Assembly (NCBI GenBank): GCA_000708835.1
Contig: DF237513.1
Coordinates: 1-58,155, forward strand
Direction of reading: 5' to 3'
DNA: 58,155 nucleotides
Source: Klebsormidium nitens
Lineage: Eukaryota > Plantae > Klebsormidiophyceae
The number at the start of each line of letters is the position of its first letter. The first letter of the stretch is position 1. Of this stretch, positions 15,944 through 29,900 are shown piece after piece. The position numbers and the translations under genes were made by a program. Under the pieces are notes generated by a model. That model worked only from the letters and a program-made list of their open reading frames with translations. It was not told where the DNA came from and searched no databases.

Positions 15944-17192
15944 CTCTGGCTCATCACCGTCCACACGTAGTGGCACTCAGGTCGGAGAGGTGCACAAAGA
16001 ACAATATTCCCCAAGCGTAAAAAGGATTGCCTGGTCACAGAACCCAACTTCGGGTACACGGAAATCGGGATGAGCTTGGAAAACGAGCTCGAGTTAAGCC
16101 ACTTAAGTTGGGTACGCACCATTCTGTGCTCTGTGCTGGGGTTTGCTGTTGCAATGCTTGCATATGAAGACCACAAGCACATGTGTTCAGGGGTTTGCTA
16201 TCCACTATATAGCCTTGAAAAACGTTAGTCGGCTCAATGACCTGATACTGAAGTGAAAAACCATTTGAGTGTTTCATAATAGTTATTAGTCTCGATTGGA
16301 CATCAGCTCCGTCGATTAGGGTCCTAGCCAACGGGATAGACTTCTAATCATCGTATTATAGGTCCTGTGACGGTCAGTGCAACAAGATGTGGTGGCTTAT
16401 GGTGACTGTTGCAGCTAGCGTGCATGCGCCTCGTAATGGACTGCTGTAGCTGCAGCGAATGCACAAGTGGCAGCGCGTTGTGAAAAGCAGCGCGCCGGAT
16501 AACAAGCATGCAGAGTCGATGCTAAGTTCTTCCCACATGCAGTTTCATTGCAGGCCGTCCGCATATGAAGTTCAACGGTTTCTTTGCCAAGGTATGTTGC
16601 ACCGTCGTTTTTGACAGGTATGCCAACTATTTCATGCCTAGCTCCGACCACACGCCTCAGCTGCTGTTTCATGCCGCATGTCTAGGTATTTCGACCACAT
16701 TTGGGTCCATCTCGTGTACATGGGAATCGATGCTGATATGTACCTGTGCCAGCCGCCGCATGATGCAAATCTATGGAGAGCCTATAGCCGGTGAGGCGTT
16801 TCGGTCACATTTTTGAGAGAAGCTGGAAGATCACGGAATGCCCTTTGTCCTTCTCGAGCGCGAGGAGGAACTGGACCACTAGGGACCAGGCTCGTTCAAT
16901 GATGGTGAGATTGATCGTTTAGGACAATCATCCTAGCCGGCTACTACTTGCAGCCAACGCCTGCAGCTAAGAACTCCTGTGCTCACTTTGCTGGGGCAGC
17001 TTGAAGCAAGGCCGAGATCGATCACACCAAAACGCTGGTGACGAGTCTTTTATAGCAACACATGCCTCTGTATTGGGACCGTATGAACATGTACAGTTAA
17101 GCAATCAGAACTGCAGTAGCTTGTGACCAAACCCAGCTCGCAGACGCGGCGACCAATGCCATTGAGGACAATCCGAGCTTATTGGGTCGAAA

Positions 17193-20100
17193 TTACAATT
17201 GCTGCAACGGAAAGAAGGGTGTGTCAGTTGTGCCATGTTGCTTGCATGATGCGGGTCAGAGTTGAGATAAGTGGCAAAAAACAACACTCTCGACAGTGAG
17301 AAGCATGGAAGCTGGCTACTATCAGAGCCACGCAAGGCTGCCTGATGGATTCATAAACGGCCGAAAGGTGCCTCACCGCGAAGATCGTGTTGTGGCCGGG
17401 GTCTGCCAGGTGGGTTGTCAAGTTGTCAATGGGACCCACTCCGGTGTACACGGCCTGGAAAAAGAAGCCGGCCACTGCACAGACAGGATCGCACATGATT
17501 AGGGCCAGAGAAGTAGAAGTTGTGCAAGTAAGGATTGCAAAAAGGTGGAAGCCTATGCTCTGACAGACTGTGTAGCAAATGGAGGAGAAGGCTGGATCAG
17601 GCTACGTCGTGGATAGATTATGCAGATTAGATTGCCAGAATACTTACTTGCGAGCATGGCCAGTCTAGCGTTCTTGATCTCCTTCAACTTCAATTCCCCT
17701 GCCTGCACACAAGAATCCGAGGTTAGGGCAATGCTAGTAAAGAGGTCATGCTGTTTGCATGAACGGCCGACTGCCTGCGAAAACACATAGTCTCCTTCCC
17801 GCTCACAGAGAGTTCGCTTACTCTCTTTCCAAGAAAGTAAGAGTCAAACCTCTTGCATCATTGTAGGACTTGAAGTGTTGCTGTTGGACTGGTGTGCCGT
17901 GCGGAACATTTGCTTTTAGATTCAAGAGAAAATCCCACTGGCTTAAGTGGAGCGCACCTTGCTAGAGTCCTTTGCATAGCCGAACGGATCGAAAATTCCC
18001 CCAGGGTACCCAACTTCGTTTCCGGAGGGCAGCTTGTTGTTAGGGAAGACGGGGTCCTGCACAAAGATTGTCACACTTTACTGCCTATTTGTTGACAGCG
18101 TTGTTGGTGGAAAAATTGCAAGATAAATTTCAACAAGCTATTGGTTAAACAGTTGTCATGAACGAGACCAATGAGTTTTGACATTTTGTCCAAGTAATAA
18201 AAGGACACCGTGAGGGCTCAGGTCGACTTTAGGTTTTCGACAGGGCCTATTGGTATCGACATCTCAAAGTAGCACTATGAATAAGGAGCGGCCCTTTCAG
18301 GCCGTCACTGCCGCCTGGCAATGCTAACAGACCAAGACCGCACATCTGAGGATTCTTCGACACTTGTGCCCATTCCCAGAAGCAACAGCATCAGCATCAA
18401 GTCTCCAACGGGCTCCGCGTTTTGGCTTACTTACCACGTTGACTGAGCCGGGGTTGTTGATGTCTGCCCATCTCCTGATCTCAGCCCAGGCCATCAGGTT
18501 CAACTGCACACATGGATTCAACCATGTCAAGCAGCTTGTTTGAGCATTTGGTTTGCAGGTTGCAACACAGCATTCAATTCATCCGGCACCGTAAGCCCAC
18601 AGCCACACCAATTGGCAAGGTATTCTGCTCTGCTCACCTGGACAATGGTTAGGACCTTCTTGTCAGCGAAGTAATCAGCAGCGCCAGCCTCGTACCAGTG
18701 AGGGGTGTGCAGGATGCCAGCCTGCAGGGACACGAGGCTGCAAACTTTAGCCCTCCTACGTAGACGACGCTAAGGCCCGAGGAAGAGAGATGGCTGCCTA
18801 GATGACTCTGAACACAGTTGCAGCTGACTGATCAAAGATCTAAGGATGGCCTTGCATTTCAGGACAGCATTCATCACACAGACATGATGCGATGGCGGCC
18901 CTTGGCAAAGGCTGTTATTGACACTTACCGAGGTCAGGGCCTCAGGGATGAGGATGCCGGCGGCTCCGAGCATGGCCCACCTGCAGCAAACAAATGGTGA
19001 GCAGCTTATCAGGGGCCTTGCTAAAATACACACACGCACAGTTACAAGCGTCTGCAGGGCATCCCCTGTTCAATGTTCTCTTGGCTGGCAGAGCTGTCGG
19101 CCCCAGGCTCACCTGCCATTCTGGAGTTCAGCCTGCTGGAACCACTTGAGAAGCTCGGGGTCAGACCCTGTAGGAAGTCAGGAGGAAAGATGAGTCAAGG
19201 AGACAACCTGCGCAGCACAGAGTCACAAACTAGATGCAAGTAGAGTGCATTCATTCCAACCAATGTGGCCGCAAACCTGACAGTGAATCTCCGGTGGTCG
19301 AATGCAGTCCCTCAAGAGCACGAGTTTGCCCATCCTACACAAAGGTCCTGGTTGGGAAAAAGATATGCACAACTGTCAACAATCTGAGTGCACTTACCAA
19401 GGTTGAGAGGGTCAAATCCGAAGTCGCCTGGCAGACTGCAGAAAGCACGGTTGACATGCTCAGAACAGCAGCTCTGCCGCCCTTGTGAACATCCAGAGCA
19501 GACGGATCAAGACTATCACAGACAAGGAAAAAGATTGCGAGAGGGCATTCCCCACTTAAGCAGAACCAATCTCACTCCATTTGGAGGACGATAGAGACAC
19601 TGATTGCAGTTACTGGGATGCACTGATGCAGAAACTTATTGGCTTGGAGATACTGAGAAGAGAGGTGACGTACGAGCCATCCAGGTACTCAGGGGCGGTG
19701 GCGCCCGGATACCAGAGCTCGCGGTCTGCTGTGTACTGTCCTTGGGAAGCTGCGGAGATGACACCATTGCCAGCAGCCCGGGGAGCTACGGCCTTCACAG
19801 ACTTGCGCAGAGTAGCGCCAGACAGGAAGGCAGGCCTGACGGCAATCCTCTGAGTAGTGACAGCCTTAGAAACGCTGCAGGACAAGGTGACAAGAGAGGG
19901 ACTGCATTAGACTGCGGCACTTACAAAGAAAGCTGCTAGGCAGCTGGAATGAGCATCAAGCACTTCAAAAGCCTCTCACCACAGTCGCATTAAGGAGTAC
20001 GAGCGACCCGTGCTGTCTTCCCAGCTCCGGAGGTGCTTCCCCACATTCCCCAGTATCCAACTGCTGTACTCTGTTCAGGCTTCATCAACTTGGTCAAGAT

Positions 20101-20356
20101 ACAGTAGCCCTCTTGCTATCAGCTGCACAATGCTGCTCCCAACCACCGGAGCAACCCGCCTTGCATTCCATGCTGCATTGCCTCCCATTCACCATGCATA
20201 TCCCATCAGGCTGCGTGGAGTTCCTGCATAGATCAAATGCAGCGTATGCAAACACAATGCAGGTCGATTTGTCCAGCTTTTTGGCCAGTGGGCGCCTGCC
20301 ACTGACCTGGTGGCCGCGATGGACCCGGCCAGCTTGGCAGCGACGCACTGAGCCAT
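17193..20356 (-). CDS. LHCA: Photosystem I light-harvesting chlorophyll a/b protein (Lhca2/Lhca4-like); 11 exons, 269 aa
   Basis: Exons 20356-20307, 19874-19674, 19435-19398, 19167-19113, 18980-18929, 18721-18638, 18503-18435, 18056-17958, 17702-17648, 17474-17377, 17201-17193 (810 nt). Motifs: [96 protein letters not shown]. Confidence 0.95.
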
Positions 20357-20918
20357 GGCTGCTGAGAAGGTACCCGACACCCGAAGCTAATGCAATGCGG
20401 CAGTATGCACGCAAAGAAGTTTCTCAAGCTGACAGAGTTCCCTGTGTAGAGAGATGCAGGAAAGCAAGGAAGCAGAAGCAAATCTTGCTCGAGGCAGAAG
20501 CCAAACACATCGAAGCTCGTCCTCTCCAAAACGACTTGGCCACCCATGTCGGATCCCATTGGTCCGAGCTGGACTTCTATCCAGCATTTGATTGGTTCAC
20601 TGCCCGACACTTTCCGAATCTGGATTATGCTCGCGCGCACCACTTTTGGACGTCCAACATCCACTCCTCTTCAAAGTGGAGCCATGATCATGATGTGTCC
20701 GAGTGACCGACAGTCGGCGTTCCGTCCGCAATCCTCATCAGTCAGGGACCGACGGATTCCGCCCATTTTTGACTGTGTTTTTAGGGTTGTAAAGATTCTT
20801 TAGGGTTTTAGCACACAGTCAAACAGCCACATGAGCCTGCAGTGTGCACCCTGACTCTCATGTACTCTTGACTCATGAGTCGCCTATATGCGTTGCCGCA
20901 GCACAGCATGCTAGGTAG
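20357..20918. promoter_or_regulatory. Divergent promoter region LHCA/MOR2 with telo-boxes
   Basis: 562 bp between opposing ATGs. TTAGGGTT at 20781-20788 and TTAGGGTTT at 20800-20808 (reverse complement AAACCCTAA, the plant telo-box). Confidence 0.55.
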
Positions 20919-23900
20919 ATGGCGGAGAAGGTGTGGCTCTCGCTGATGTCGCCTGCAGCTGCATCTTACGTGGTGCTCATCTGACAGCGTCCCATGGTAG
21001 CCTCCTCGTAAGAAGCGGGCAATCATGCCAGCCAGCATGCTGCCGGACGCTGGTACGGCGCAGCAGGCCCCCGCGCAGCTCATCGTCCAGTCCCTGCTGC
21101 AGCGCTTCCTGCCCTTGGCACGCAGGAGGATTGACACTGCCCAGGCGCAGGCGAGCCTCTGCCTATCTCTCCTTCGCTTGCTTGGATAGGTGGATGTGGA
21201 CATTCTCAGTTGTGGTGCGCAATTCCGCAATTGGTATGTTATTGGACAAACTTAGTGGTGATCAGTGTCCTGTCTATCAGGCTTGCGCCCACTTTCATAC
21301 TTTTCTTTCATTACACGGTGGTGCAAAATCCTTAGGCTGGTGCGCTCTGCAATTCTGCGTTCTCACTTAGTTCTACAGATTTTTTGAGGTGCAAACGCTT
21401 TGAGTAGCCACTTCGCATTCTGTGTGTTCAGCATACATTCTTGGGTTGAACAGCCTAGCTCCTTTTAGTCAGTGGGTGCGTGGAAGTGCAATAAGTTTGT
21501 TCGCTTGAGTCCTCCTTGATGTCTCCTTGCCCCTCATTGATCAAGGCCGGCTTTAGACCGTGGTGGTGCGCGGTGCAGGATGGCGAGTACCTGCGGGCCT
21601 CCGACCCCGCGTATGAGCAGATCATGGACTCCCTGGCCATGGTGGCGCGGCACACCCCCACCCCGCTGCTGGAGGCACTGCTGGGGTGGCGCAAAAGGTG
21701 GGCCATCATTGCTGACTCCAGCCCCAAGTACGCTCGGAGGGGGGATTGGGACCCTGTGCCTTGTGATTGTCTTAGCGCTGTTCTTGTGTGCCGGTTGAAG
21801 GTGTTGCAATGTTGCTTCCGGACTTATCTTTTGGGCCTTGTGACTCATTTGAGTGGCTTGATTGTAACGCCAAGGGTCCAAGCACAGTAAGTCCGTTGGC
21901 AGACCGACGCTCCCTTCCGTGCAGCGAGTCGCCCAGGCTGGCAGGAGATGCTGCGGCAGTCCACAGGAAGGTGAGGCCCGGCCCACCCTCAACTCTCACG
22001 TCACCTTATGGCCTGTTGCAGTCGTAAAATCAAAACACAGGCAGTGATCAAGATGTAACATGCGACAAGTGGCCCAATCAAGTTGCAGATTGATCTTGCA
22101 GAATGAAACATGAACGAGGGCCTTGGGCTCACCCTCTTTGTCCTGTGTCTCCAGCTGGCGGTAGAGTGCATCTTCTGTTCTGCGGCTGTCCGCTTCGTGG
22201 AAGCGTGCCCTGCGGAGGGACTGAGCGGTGAGTACATGCTTCGTTTGGTCGCACACCTCGATCAAACCCCTCTCCAAGCTGAATCTATGTATCACCGCAA
22301 GTCTAACATGGGTGGGCCCTTTGTCTCCTCCTTGCTGTTCGTCCAACACTCTTGGACCTGGCCCACTGATGGCCGTTTGGTGCCTCCTCAGAGTCGCTGT
22401 GGCGGGGGCTGGAAGACTGGGTGTTTGACTGGATCATCAATGCGGACAAGTAAGTCAAATGGGCCCTGCGATCATCTCACTTCTTTGGCCTTCCTGGAGG
22501 CAAGAACGTACTCGAAACTTGAAAGTTATGTATTTCATCGTCGTTAAGAAGTCTTCGAATTCACAGCTTGAAGGTGTCTCGAGTGGCCAGTGTGCAATTC
22601 CAATACTCATCGCGCAAGCTTTGTTGGCTTCTGTTTGGCTTCGCACTAGGCGACTCCTGGGTTACGCTGTTCCTGGTCTGCGCTTACGTCCAGGTTGGTG
22701 AGCCACGTGGAGTACCCGTCGCTGGTGGAGCTGCGCGCGCTGCTCCTGGACCTGGTGGCCCAGCTGCTGGGGGCCCTCTCCGGCAAGAGGCAAGCGCAGC
22801 ACGCCCTCCACACATGCTCGCAGTGCAGCATGTTCGTGTTTATGACGCCAGTGAAGCACGATAAGTTGAGGTCCCCGGACTTGTACATTCACACTGACCT
22901 CCCTTCGTAGACTTCTCGAGGCTTCCGTTCTAGTTTTAACTGCGTCGAATCGAATGCAAATATGGGATCAGAAACGTTTGAAAGGTTCTGGCCGCCTTCA
23001 ACTGTCAGAGCGGCCTAACGGCCCTTCTCGGAGAAAACTCGTGAAGAAGGCTCAGAGAGACTGACAGCGGTTTAGGATCGGGCCAGGCCAAGGATGTGGA
23101 CAGGTTTTCAGGCTCAAGTGCAGCTGTTTCAAAAGCTAGCCAAACTGGTATCTCGAGATATTGATCAAGTGGAGTCCTCTGTGACTGCCAGAATGTTGTG
23201 GTCGACAATTGGACGGTCGATAATCGCCAGACTGTACGCTCAACCCTTTCGGCTTCTAACTTCGAGCTTTCTCCCTGCGGAAGACTTTGCAGGAGCCAAT
23301 GAGGAGCATTGCGCTTGCAGCAAGATCGTTTTCTTGCCCGCACCGTCATACCCTCAATCCAAGACGTTGTGAGGCCATGACAAACCCGCAGCCTGACTGT
23401 TTCTACGGTCCATCTCATGAATCGTCCTCTTGAGCTCCGCCCGAACCACTCACACCCACGCTTGTGTGTCCAGGTTCGGGTCCGCCTCGAGCCGCCTCTT
23501 CACGGAGCTGAACCTGCGGCGCGGGGATAGCAGCGGCCAGCGCAACGAGACGCTCAGCCTCATCAGCGGAGCGCGCTATCTCAGGCTCGATGTGAGGCCT
23601 CCCCTACCCAATATTTTACCACCGATCCCGTGGGACCCTAACTCGCCCTTGTGAGAGCGGCCAGGAAATGTTCATATCTGGTGATCAGGACAGGGCTGGC
23701 CAAGACTGCATTTGAACACGCCGTTTTGCGGGGAGAAAGAAACGTGTCTCATTCCGGGCGGGCCGCCTTCCAGCTTTTATTCAAGTCCTGGTTCCTTACA
23801 CCTGCCTGATTGGGTGTCTTGCTTGGTGCAGGTGTCGAGCGCCAGCACTCTGAACGCGTCCACGTCGTTCCTGCTCAAGGCGAACCCCCTGTCGTGGACC

Positions 23901-26900
23901 CCCAGCAAGAAGCGCACGGAGCTGCACCACGCGCTGTGCAGCCTGCTGACGTCCGTGCTGGTGCCGCTGGTGGAGGCGCGTGGGCGCTGGCCGCCCCGCC
24001 ACGTGGACGAGGCGCTGCGCCTCTGGCACGAGGCCGTCCTCAAGCTGCGCACGCAGCTGTCGCAGTGGGTCGACAAGCACAGCAAGCACATCATGGTGCG
24101 CACCCGCTGGAGGCCGCCCTCTAACGCCTGCTTGCCCTACAGGCCTCCATAGACGCTCCGCCATGATCCTGTGTAAGGTTAGGCTGGTGCGGCCAGATTC
24201 GACATCCCTCTGGTCCAAGTAGTGGTCCCTGCTCGCCTGCTTGTGACGGTTTTGCGGTGGTGGCGTGCAGGTGGGGTACCCGCTGGTGACGGTGCTGCTG
24301 TGCGTGGGCGACCCCGCCCTCTTCACCATGCAGCTCCCGCCCTACCTGGAGGCGCTCTTCAAAGTGCTCAAGGTGCGGCCTGGCGAACGGGTAGCCGCTC
24401 CTCAAATTGCGGCAGCAATCCTTCCTCTGCAAGCATCATGTTTTCGTCTTTCCTAGTCCAGTCCCTAGCTTTCGCGAAGCTTTTTGAATGACATCGAAGC
24501 CCCCCTTCTTCCTGCGCCTCGCAGTGCACAGTCTCTCGTCGTGCCTTCGTTCATCTGTGTGTCTCGCATCGTCGTGCAGGAGAAGGCGTACCGCTCGATG
24601 GCGCTCGAGTGCCTGCAGCGGCTGGTCCGCTTCTACCTGGAGGTGCACGCGGCCCGCGAGGCGCGCGCGGTGACGGTGGGCATCCTGGCGGGCGTGACGG
24701 GCCACCTGCTGGCCAGCCTGCGCAAGGGCAACCTGCCGCTGGAGGCGCAGCACGACAAGCTCGTGCACTTCTGCGCCACGCTCGCCGACAGCCACCTCGA
24801 CTTCGCCATGAACAGCATGCTCCTCGAGCTGCTGCGCCCCGACAACCCCCCCGAGGCCAAGGTACGATTATGCGGCGCACATGTGACCGCAATACTGCCG
24901 CATGCACTGGCAATTGTCACGCCACAGGCTCCTTTGCCGTTCCTTGACACCTTCTCTGGGCCAGCCTTGAATCGGACTAGTGTGTACGGCCTTTTACGCG
25001 TAAGTCTTTGAGTAGGGCGAGTTGAATGCTTATCTAGTTGGAAGAACCACCGAGCGACCTTCCGGAATCGATTGTTGCCTCATTGTCGTCCCCCTTCCAG
25101 GTCATTGGCCTGCGCGCCCTCCTGGCCATCATGCACTCCACGTACGGCCTGTCCTCTGACGCCGCCGCCCCCCAGCCCGCCTCCTTCTCTCTGTCCCTCT
25201 CCTTGGGCCAGCCCCCTGCGCCTGCCCGCGCCCCGCAGCCGGCGGCGGTGGCCGCTCTCGGGGCGTACCTGCCGCAGCTGCGCGCAGCACTGGGGTCCAT
25301 CATGCACACGTGCCACCTCATGTTCGGGCAGTCGCTTCTGATCGCGTCCAAGACGTCGCAAGGTGAGGGGGAGAACTCTAAGCGGAGGACTTTGTGCTGG
25401 CCTTGCTCGCATCAACTTGAGGATGTTAAAAGAAGAGTGAAGCCTCGAAGGCAGTTGAGCAGGTACTGCAGACTGCGCATGTCGTTGAGACCCGTTCGCT
25501 TCTTGCAGCCGCTCTGCTCGACATCTTCTGAAGCAGGGCTCGACGGCACCAGCCGAGTCAGCGCCTGGCAAAAACCACCATTCGTCTGTCAAGTACGAGC
25601 TGTGCCGTCTTGTTGGTGGCCCAGCTGCTGGCTCACCTCTTTGCTGATGTTTCCTGCAGAGCCGGTGACCAAGGAGCGCACGCAGCAGTGGGTGGTGTTC
25701 CGGTGGGCGCTGCGCTGCGTGCCGGCGCTGATCCCGGAGCAGTGGCACGACAACAAGATGACGGAGACAATCCCCGTGTACGCCATTAGCGTGGAGCCCG
25801 CGGTGCGCGAGGAGGCGGTGCAGGTGCTATTTCGCACCGTGCGCGACCTGCCGCAGAGCCGCTTCGCCGTCATGCGCGGCATGGCCAACTTCATCCTGCG
25901 CGTATCCGACGAGTACCCCGCGCTCATCAATACCTCCCTCGCGCTGCTCGTCAGGGTGAGCCCGCCCACCGGACGAGGCTCACGAGCTCGTTCGAATCCT
26001 TCCGCTCATGTGTCTGCAGAGATTGTCACGCAAGTACTGCGATTGATTGAAAGTGGTTCGCATAAGTACTCCAAACAAAGTTATTTTAGACACGGATCCG
26101 TTTGGAAAGTTGATGCTACTTCTAGGTCCACTTTTCGCAAGATTGGCACCCTAACACGTTGACTCGTGGCCCTGCATTTGCCCCTCCCAAGTCAGGTTGC
26201 CAAAGTCTGCTGTGTCATTGTCCTTACAGCTCCTGATCGCGTGGCGCTCGTGCCTGCTGGAGGAGGCCTCTCGTGGCGCCGGCAGCCCCGGCGCGGTGCG
26301 CGGCGACCGCGAGGGCTTCAAGGACGAGCCGGTGGGCACGTTCGACCCGTCCGGCATGGACGCCGTAGGGCTCATCTTCCTCTGCTCCGTCGAAGTCCAG
26401 ATCCGCCGCGTCGCGCTCGAGCTGCTCTACGTGGTGCGAGCCCTACACCACGACCTGGCCGCGCTGGCTGGCGCAGGCGGCCGGGACGGCAGTAGCGGGG
26501 CGCTCGAGGACGAGCCTCCGCCGACGTACGTCATTGACATCATCGAGGAGGTGGGCGACGAGATCGTGGCGGGCGCGTTCTTCGACACGGGCAAGTGGAC
26601 GGAGGTGCTGCGGCACGAGGGCGAGCCCGTCCCTGCAGACGCGAGCATCGTGGGCGTGCTGGAGGGCGGCGACAAGGGGCGGTGGGGCCGGTGCCTGAGC
26701 GCGCTGGTCAAATACGTGGCGCAGCTGTGCCCCAGCTCGTGCCAGGGCGCGCGCCTCGAGGTGGTGGCGCGCCTGTCCACCATCACGCCCGTGGACTCGT
26801 TCGGCAAGCCAACGCCGTACACGTACAGCCTGGAGAGCGAGAGCAAGATCGAGCAGTGGCACCTGTACTGCATGTTTGCGTGCGCGTGCCCCGCGGAGGA

Positions 26901-29900
26901 CGCCGTGGACGGCGGCGTGCAGAGCGTGCGCGAGCTGATGCGCCTCGTGATGCCGTGCCTCAAGAGCGGCAACGACGCGCAGCAGTACGCGGCCATGAGC
27001 GCGCTGGGGCACGCGCACCCCGACATCTACGGTATCATGATGAGCGAGCTGGACGCGTTCGTGGAGGACGTGGCGGCGGGGCGGCTGGAGCGGCCCAAGT
27101 GGGGCAAGAGCCACAAGCCGGTGCGCGACGAGGTGCGCATGTGGGTCGCGCAGATCTACCGCCTCGTGGCCGAGAGCCTGTGGCCCGGCCAGCTGGCGCG
27201 CCGCCCGGAGCTGGCGGAGGCCATGATGCGCTTCATCGAGGACCAGTACAAGGTCATCAACAGCACCACCACCGAAACGTTCGCCGAGGCGCAGCCCGTC
27301 AGGTGAGCGCGGGAGTGAGGATTGACGTTGACAACGCGGCGCAGCTCTTTTGTCAGCATGTACGCTGGTTCACCCAGTCAGATGCACAAATCTCCTGTTG
27401 AAGACTCACACTGCGAGCAAGGAGGTGTACTCTTTCGAGTGATCAACGAGTCTCAAGAGTTTCGTTGCTACTTGAACTGTGCTTCACTTCATATACTCGC
27501 TCTCAGCCTACTTTCGGCTGATGTACGTGTCCCCGTCCTGCCTCGCTAATGTGCAGGTACGCGTTGGCAGCCATCCTGCGAGTTCTGTCTTCCGAGCTGG
27601 CGGCGGTGCTGCCGGAGCGCTTCAGCGCGCGCACGCGCAAGCGGCTGTTCGACCTGCTGGGCAGCTGGGGCGACGACGGGGGCGGGCTGTACCAGAGCGG
27701 CGAGCTGGCCGGCTACGCCGACTACCGGCGCGAGGTGGACAAATTCAAGACGGCGCAGAGCCTCAAGATGCGCGAGAGCCAGGACAGGATGGCGCTCGAC
27801 CGCGACCTCGCCGACCAGGTGCGCCGGCGCGCGCTGGCCGGGCTGCCATCCGACGGATGAGCTTCACCTGAGAAGCTGGTTGTTGCTAACGGACCTGCAA
27901 TCACTTCAATCATGATTTCGTTGCCGTGCTGGTCCAATGCTGATGGAAGGCATTACTCCAACCATTGATTCTGCACCCCAGTGCCATGTGACCACTTCGC
28001 GGCTCCCCTTCTGCCCGTCCCCCGCTGTTCCCTGAGCGTGGCTGCGGCGGCCTCCCGTGCAGGTGGAGTGCATTCAGTGGGCCGCCACGAACGCGATGGC
28101 GGCGCTGCTGTACGGCTCGTGCTTCGACGACACAGTCAAGAAGATGAACGGCCGCGTCATGGTGTGGATCCACGGCCTCTTCACGGGCACCAGCGACCGC
28201 GTCCCCATGGGCGGCAACTACTCGCCCGGCGACCCGCGCACGCCCTCCCCCCACATGCGCACCGGCTCTTACGCCGGCGTCATGGCGTCCTCCGTCTTCG
28301 GCAGCACCACCACGCTGCCGCGCAGCAAGAGCGGGCTGGGGATGGGAGGCCCTGCCATGGCGGCGCGCATCGGGGTGGCGCGCACGGCGCTGCTGAACCT
28401 GCTGCTGACCAACCCGGACATGTTCCACTCGTGCATCGACCAGTGCTACTCCTCCGACCCCCCCATCGCGGATGGCTACTTTGGCGTCCTCGCAGAGGTG
28501 CGGCCCCGCAGACTGGTCCAAATTCGCTTTGCTATCTTCTCATCTAGCAGCAATGTCGGCTCCATCTTTTCAAGCCATCGGTCAGGTCGACTGTCCAATC
28601 ATCCTTTGGAAACGTGCACAAAAGTTGCTTGTTTTAGCCACCGACCCGTGCTGCGTGCTTGGTCAGGTGTACTTGCGGGAGGCAGTGCCGGCGTGCGACG
28701 TGCCAGTCCTGCTGAGCCTGATCCTGTACAAGGTGGTCGACCCCAGCAAGGCCGTGCGCGACGACGCGCTGCAGATGCTCGAGACGCTCTCGCTGCGCGA
28801 GTGGGCGGGCGAGGACGCGGGCAGCGCGGGGCGGTACCGCGCGGCCGTGGTGGGCAGCCTGCCCGACAGCTACCAGCAGTACCAGTACCAGCTGAGCGCG
28901 CGCCTCGCGCACGACCACCCCGACCTCTCGGAGCTGCTCTGCGTCGAGATGATGCAGCGCCAGCTGGACGCAGTCGACATCATCGCACAGCACCAGGTGC
29001 GGCCGCGGAAAAGCAGGCGCTGGCAAGGCTCGGGACTGCGTTTAAACATAAAGCTAAGGGGCTGTCTAGCGCGTGTTGGATTGCGAAGAGTTAGTGCCCC
29101 TTGTACGAAGTACCTCTCCATGAAGGGTAAGTCAAACAGAGTCGCTTTCGTAGGCCATATCTTCTACCTCGAATCGAATTGACCTGGTGAGTCTTCCTGT
29201 TCGCCACGCTGCCTCAGAACAGTGAAGATTGCCGTCTGTTGCGCGCAGGTGCTGACGTGCATGGCCCCGTGGATCGAGAACCTGAACCTGGTGGCGCTGT
29301 GGGAGACGGGGTGGGCGGAGCGGCTGCTCAAGAGCATGTACTACGTGACGTGGAAGCACGGCGACCAGTTCCCGGACGAGATCGAGCAGCTGTGGAGCAC
29401 GGTGGCGCACAAGTGGCGCAACATCATCCCCGTCCTCGACTTTCTCATCACCAAGGGCATCGAGGACTACGACTCGCAGGGCGCGGGCGAGATCGGCGGC
29501 GCGCTCTCCACCTACTTCAGCGTCGCCAAGCGCATCAGCCTGTACCTGGCGCGCATCTCGCCGCAGCAGACGATCGACCACCTGGTGTACGAGCTGCAGC
29601 AGCGCCTCCTTGAGGACGACCTCGACGACGCGCACGCGCCGCCCCTCCTCCCCGACGACCTGCCCCCCGGCCGCGCCCTCGAGTTCTCCGCGCCGCCGCC
29701 CGCGCCCGCGTTCGACCAGTCGCCCACCGTGGTTGGCGGCCCCGCCCACATGTCGCCCATTCGGAGCTCGCGCACCTCCTTCGACTTCTCCAGGTGCGGG
29801 CCCTTGCCGCGCCGCCCGAGGCTTGTCTCCTCATCCTTCGACCGTGCCTTATTCAAAGCAATCTCCTCCACTTTGTGTTGCCATGTTGAGGACCCTGGCT

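Noticed and set aside
25990-25999. tRNA T-loop/B-box GTTCGAATCC in a MOR2 intron
   Set aside because: The T-stem does not pair and no acceptor, D or anticodon arms are present.
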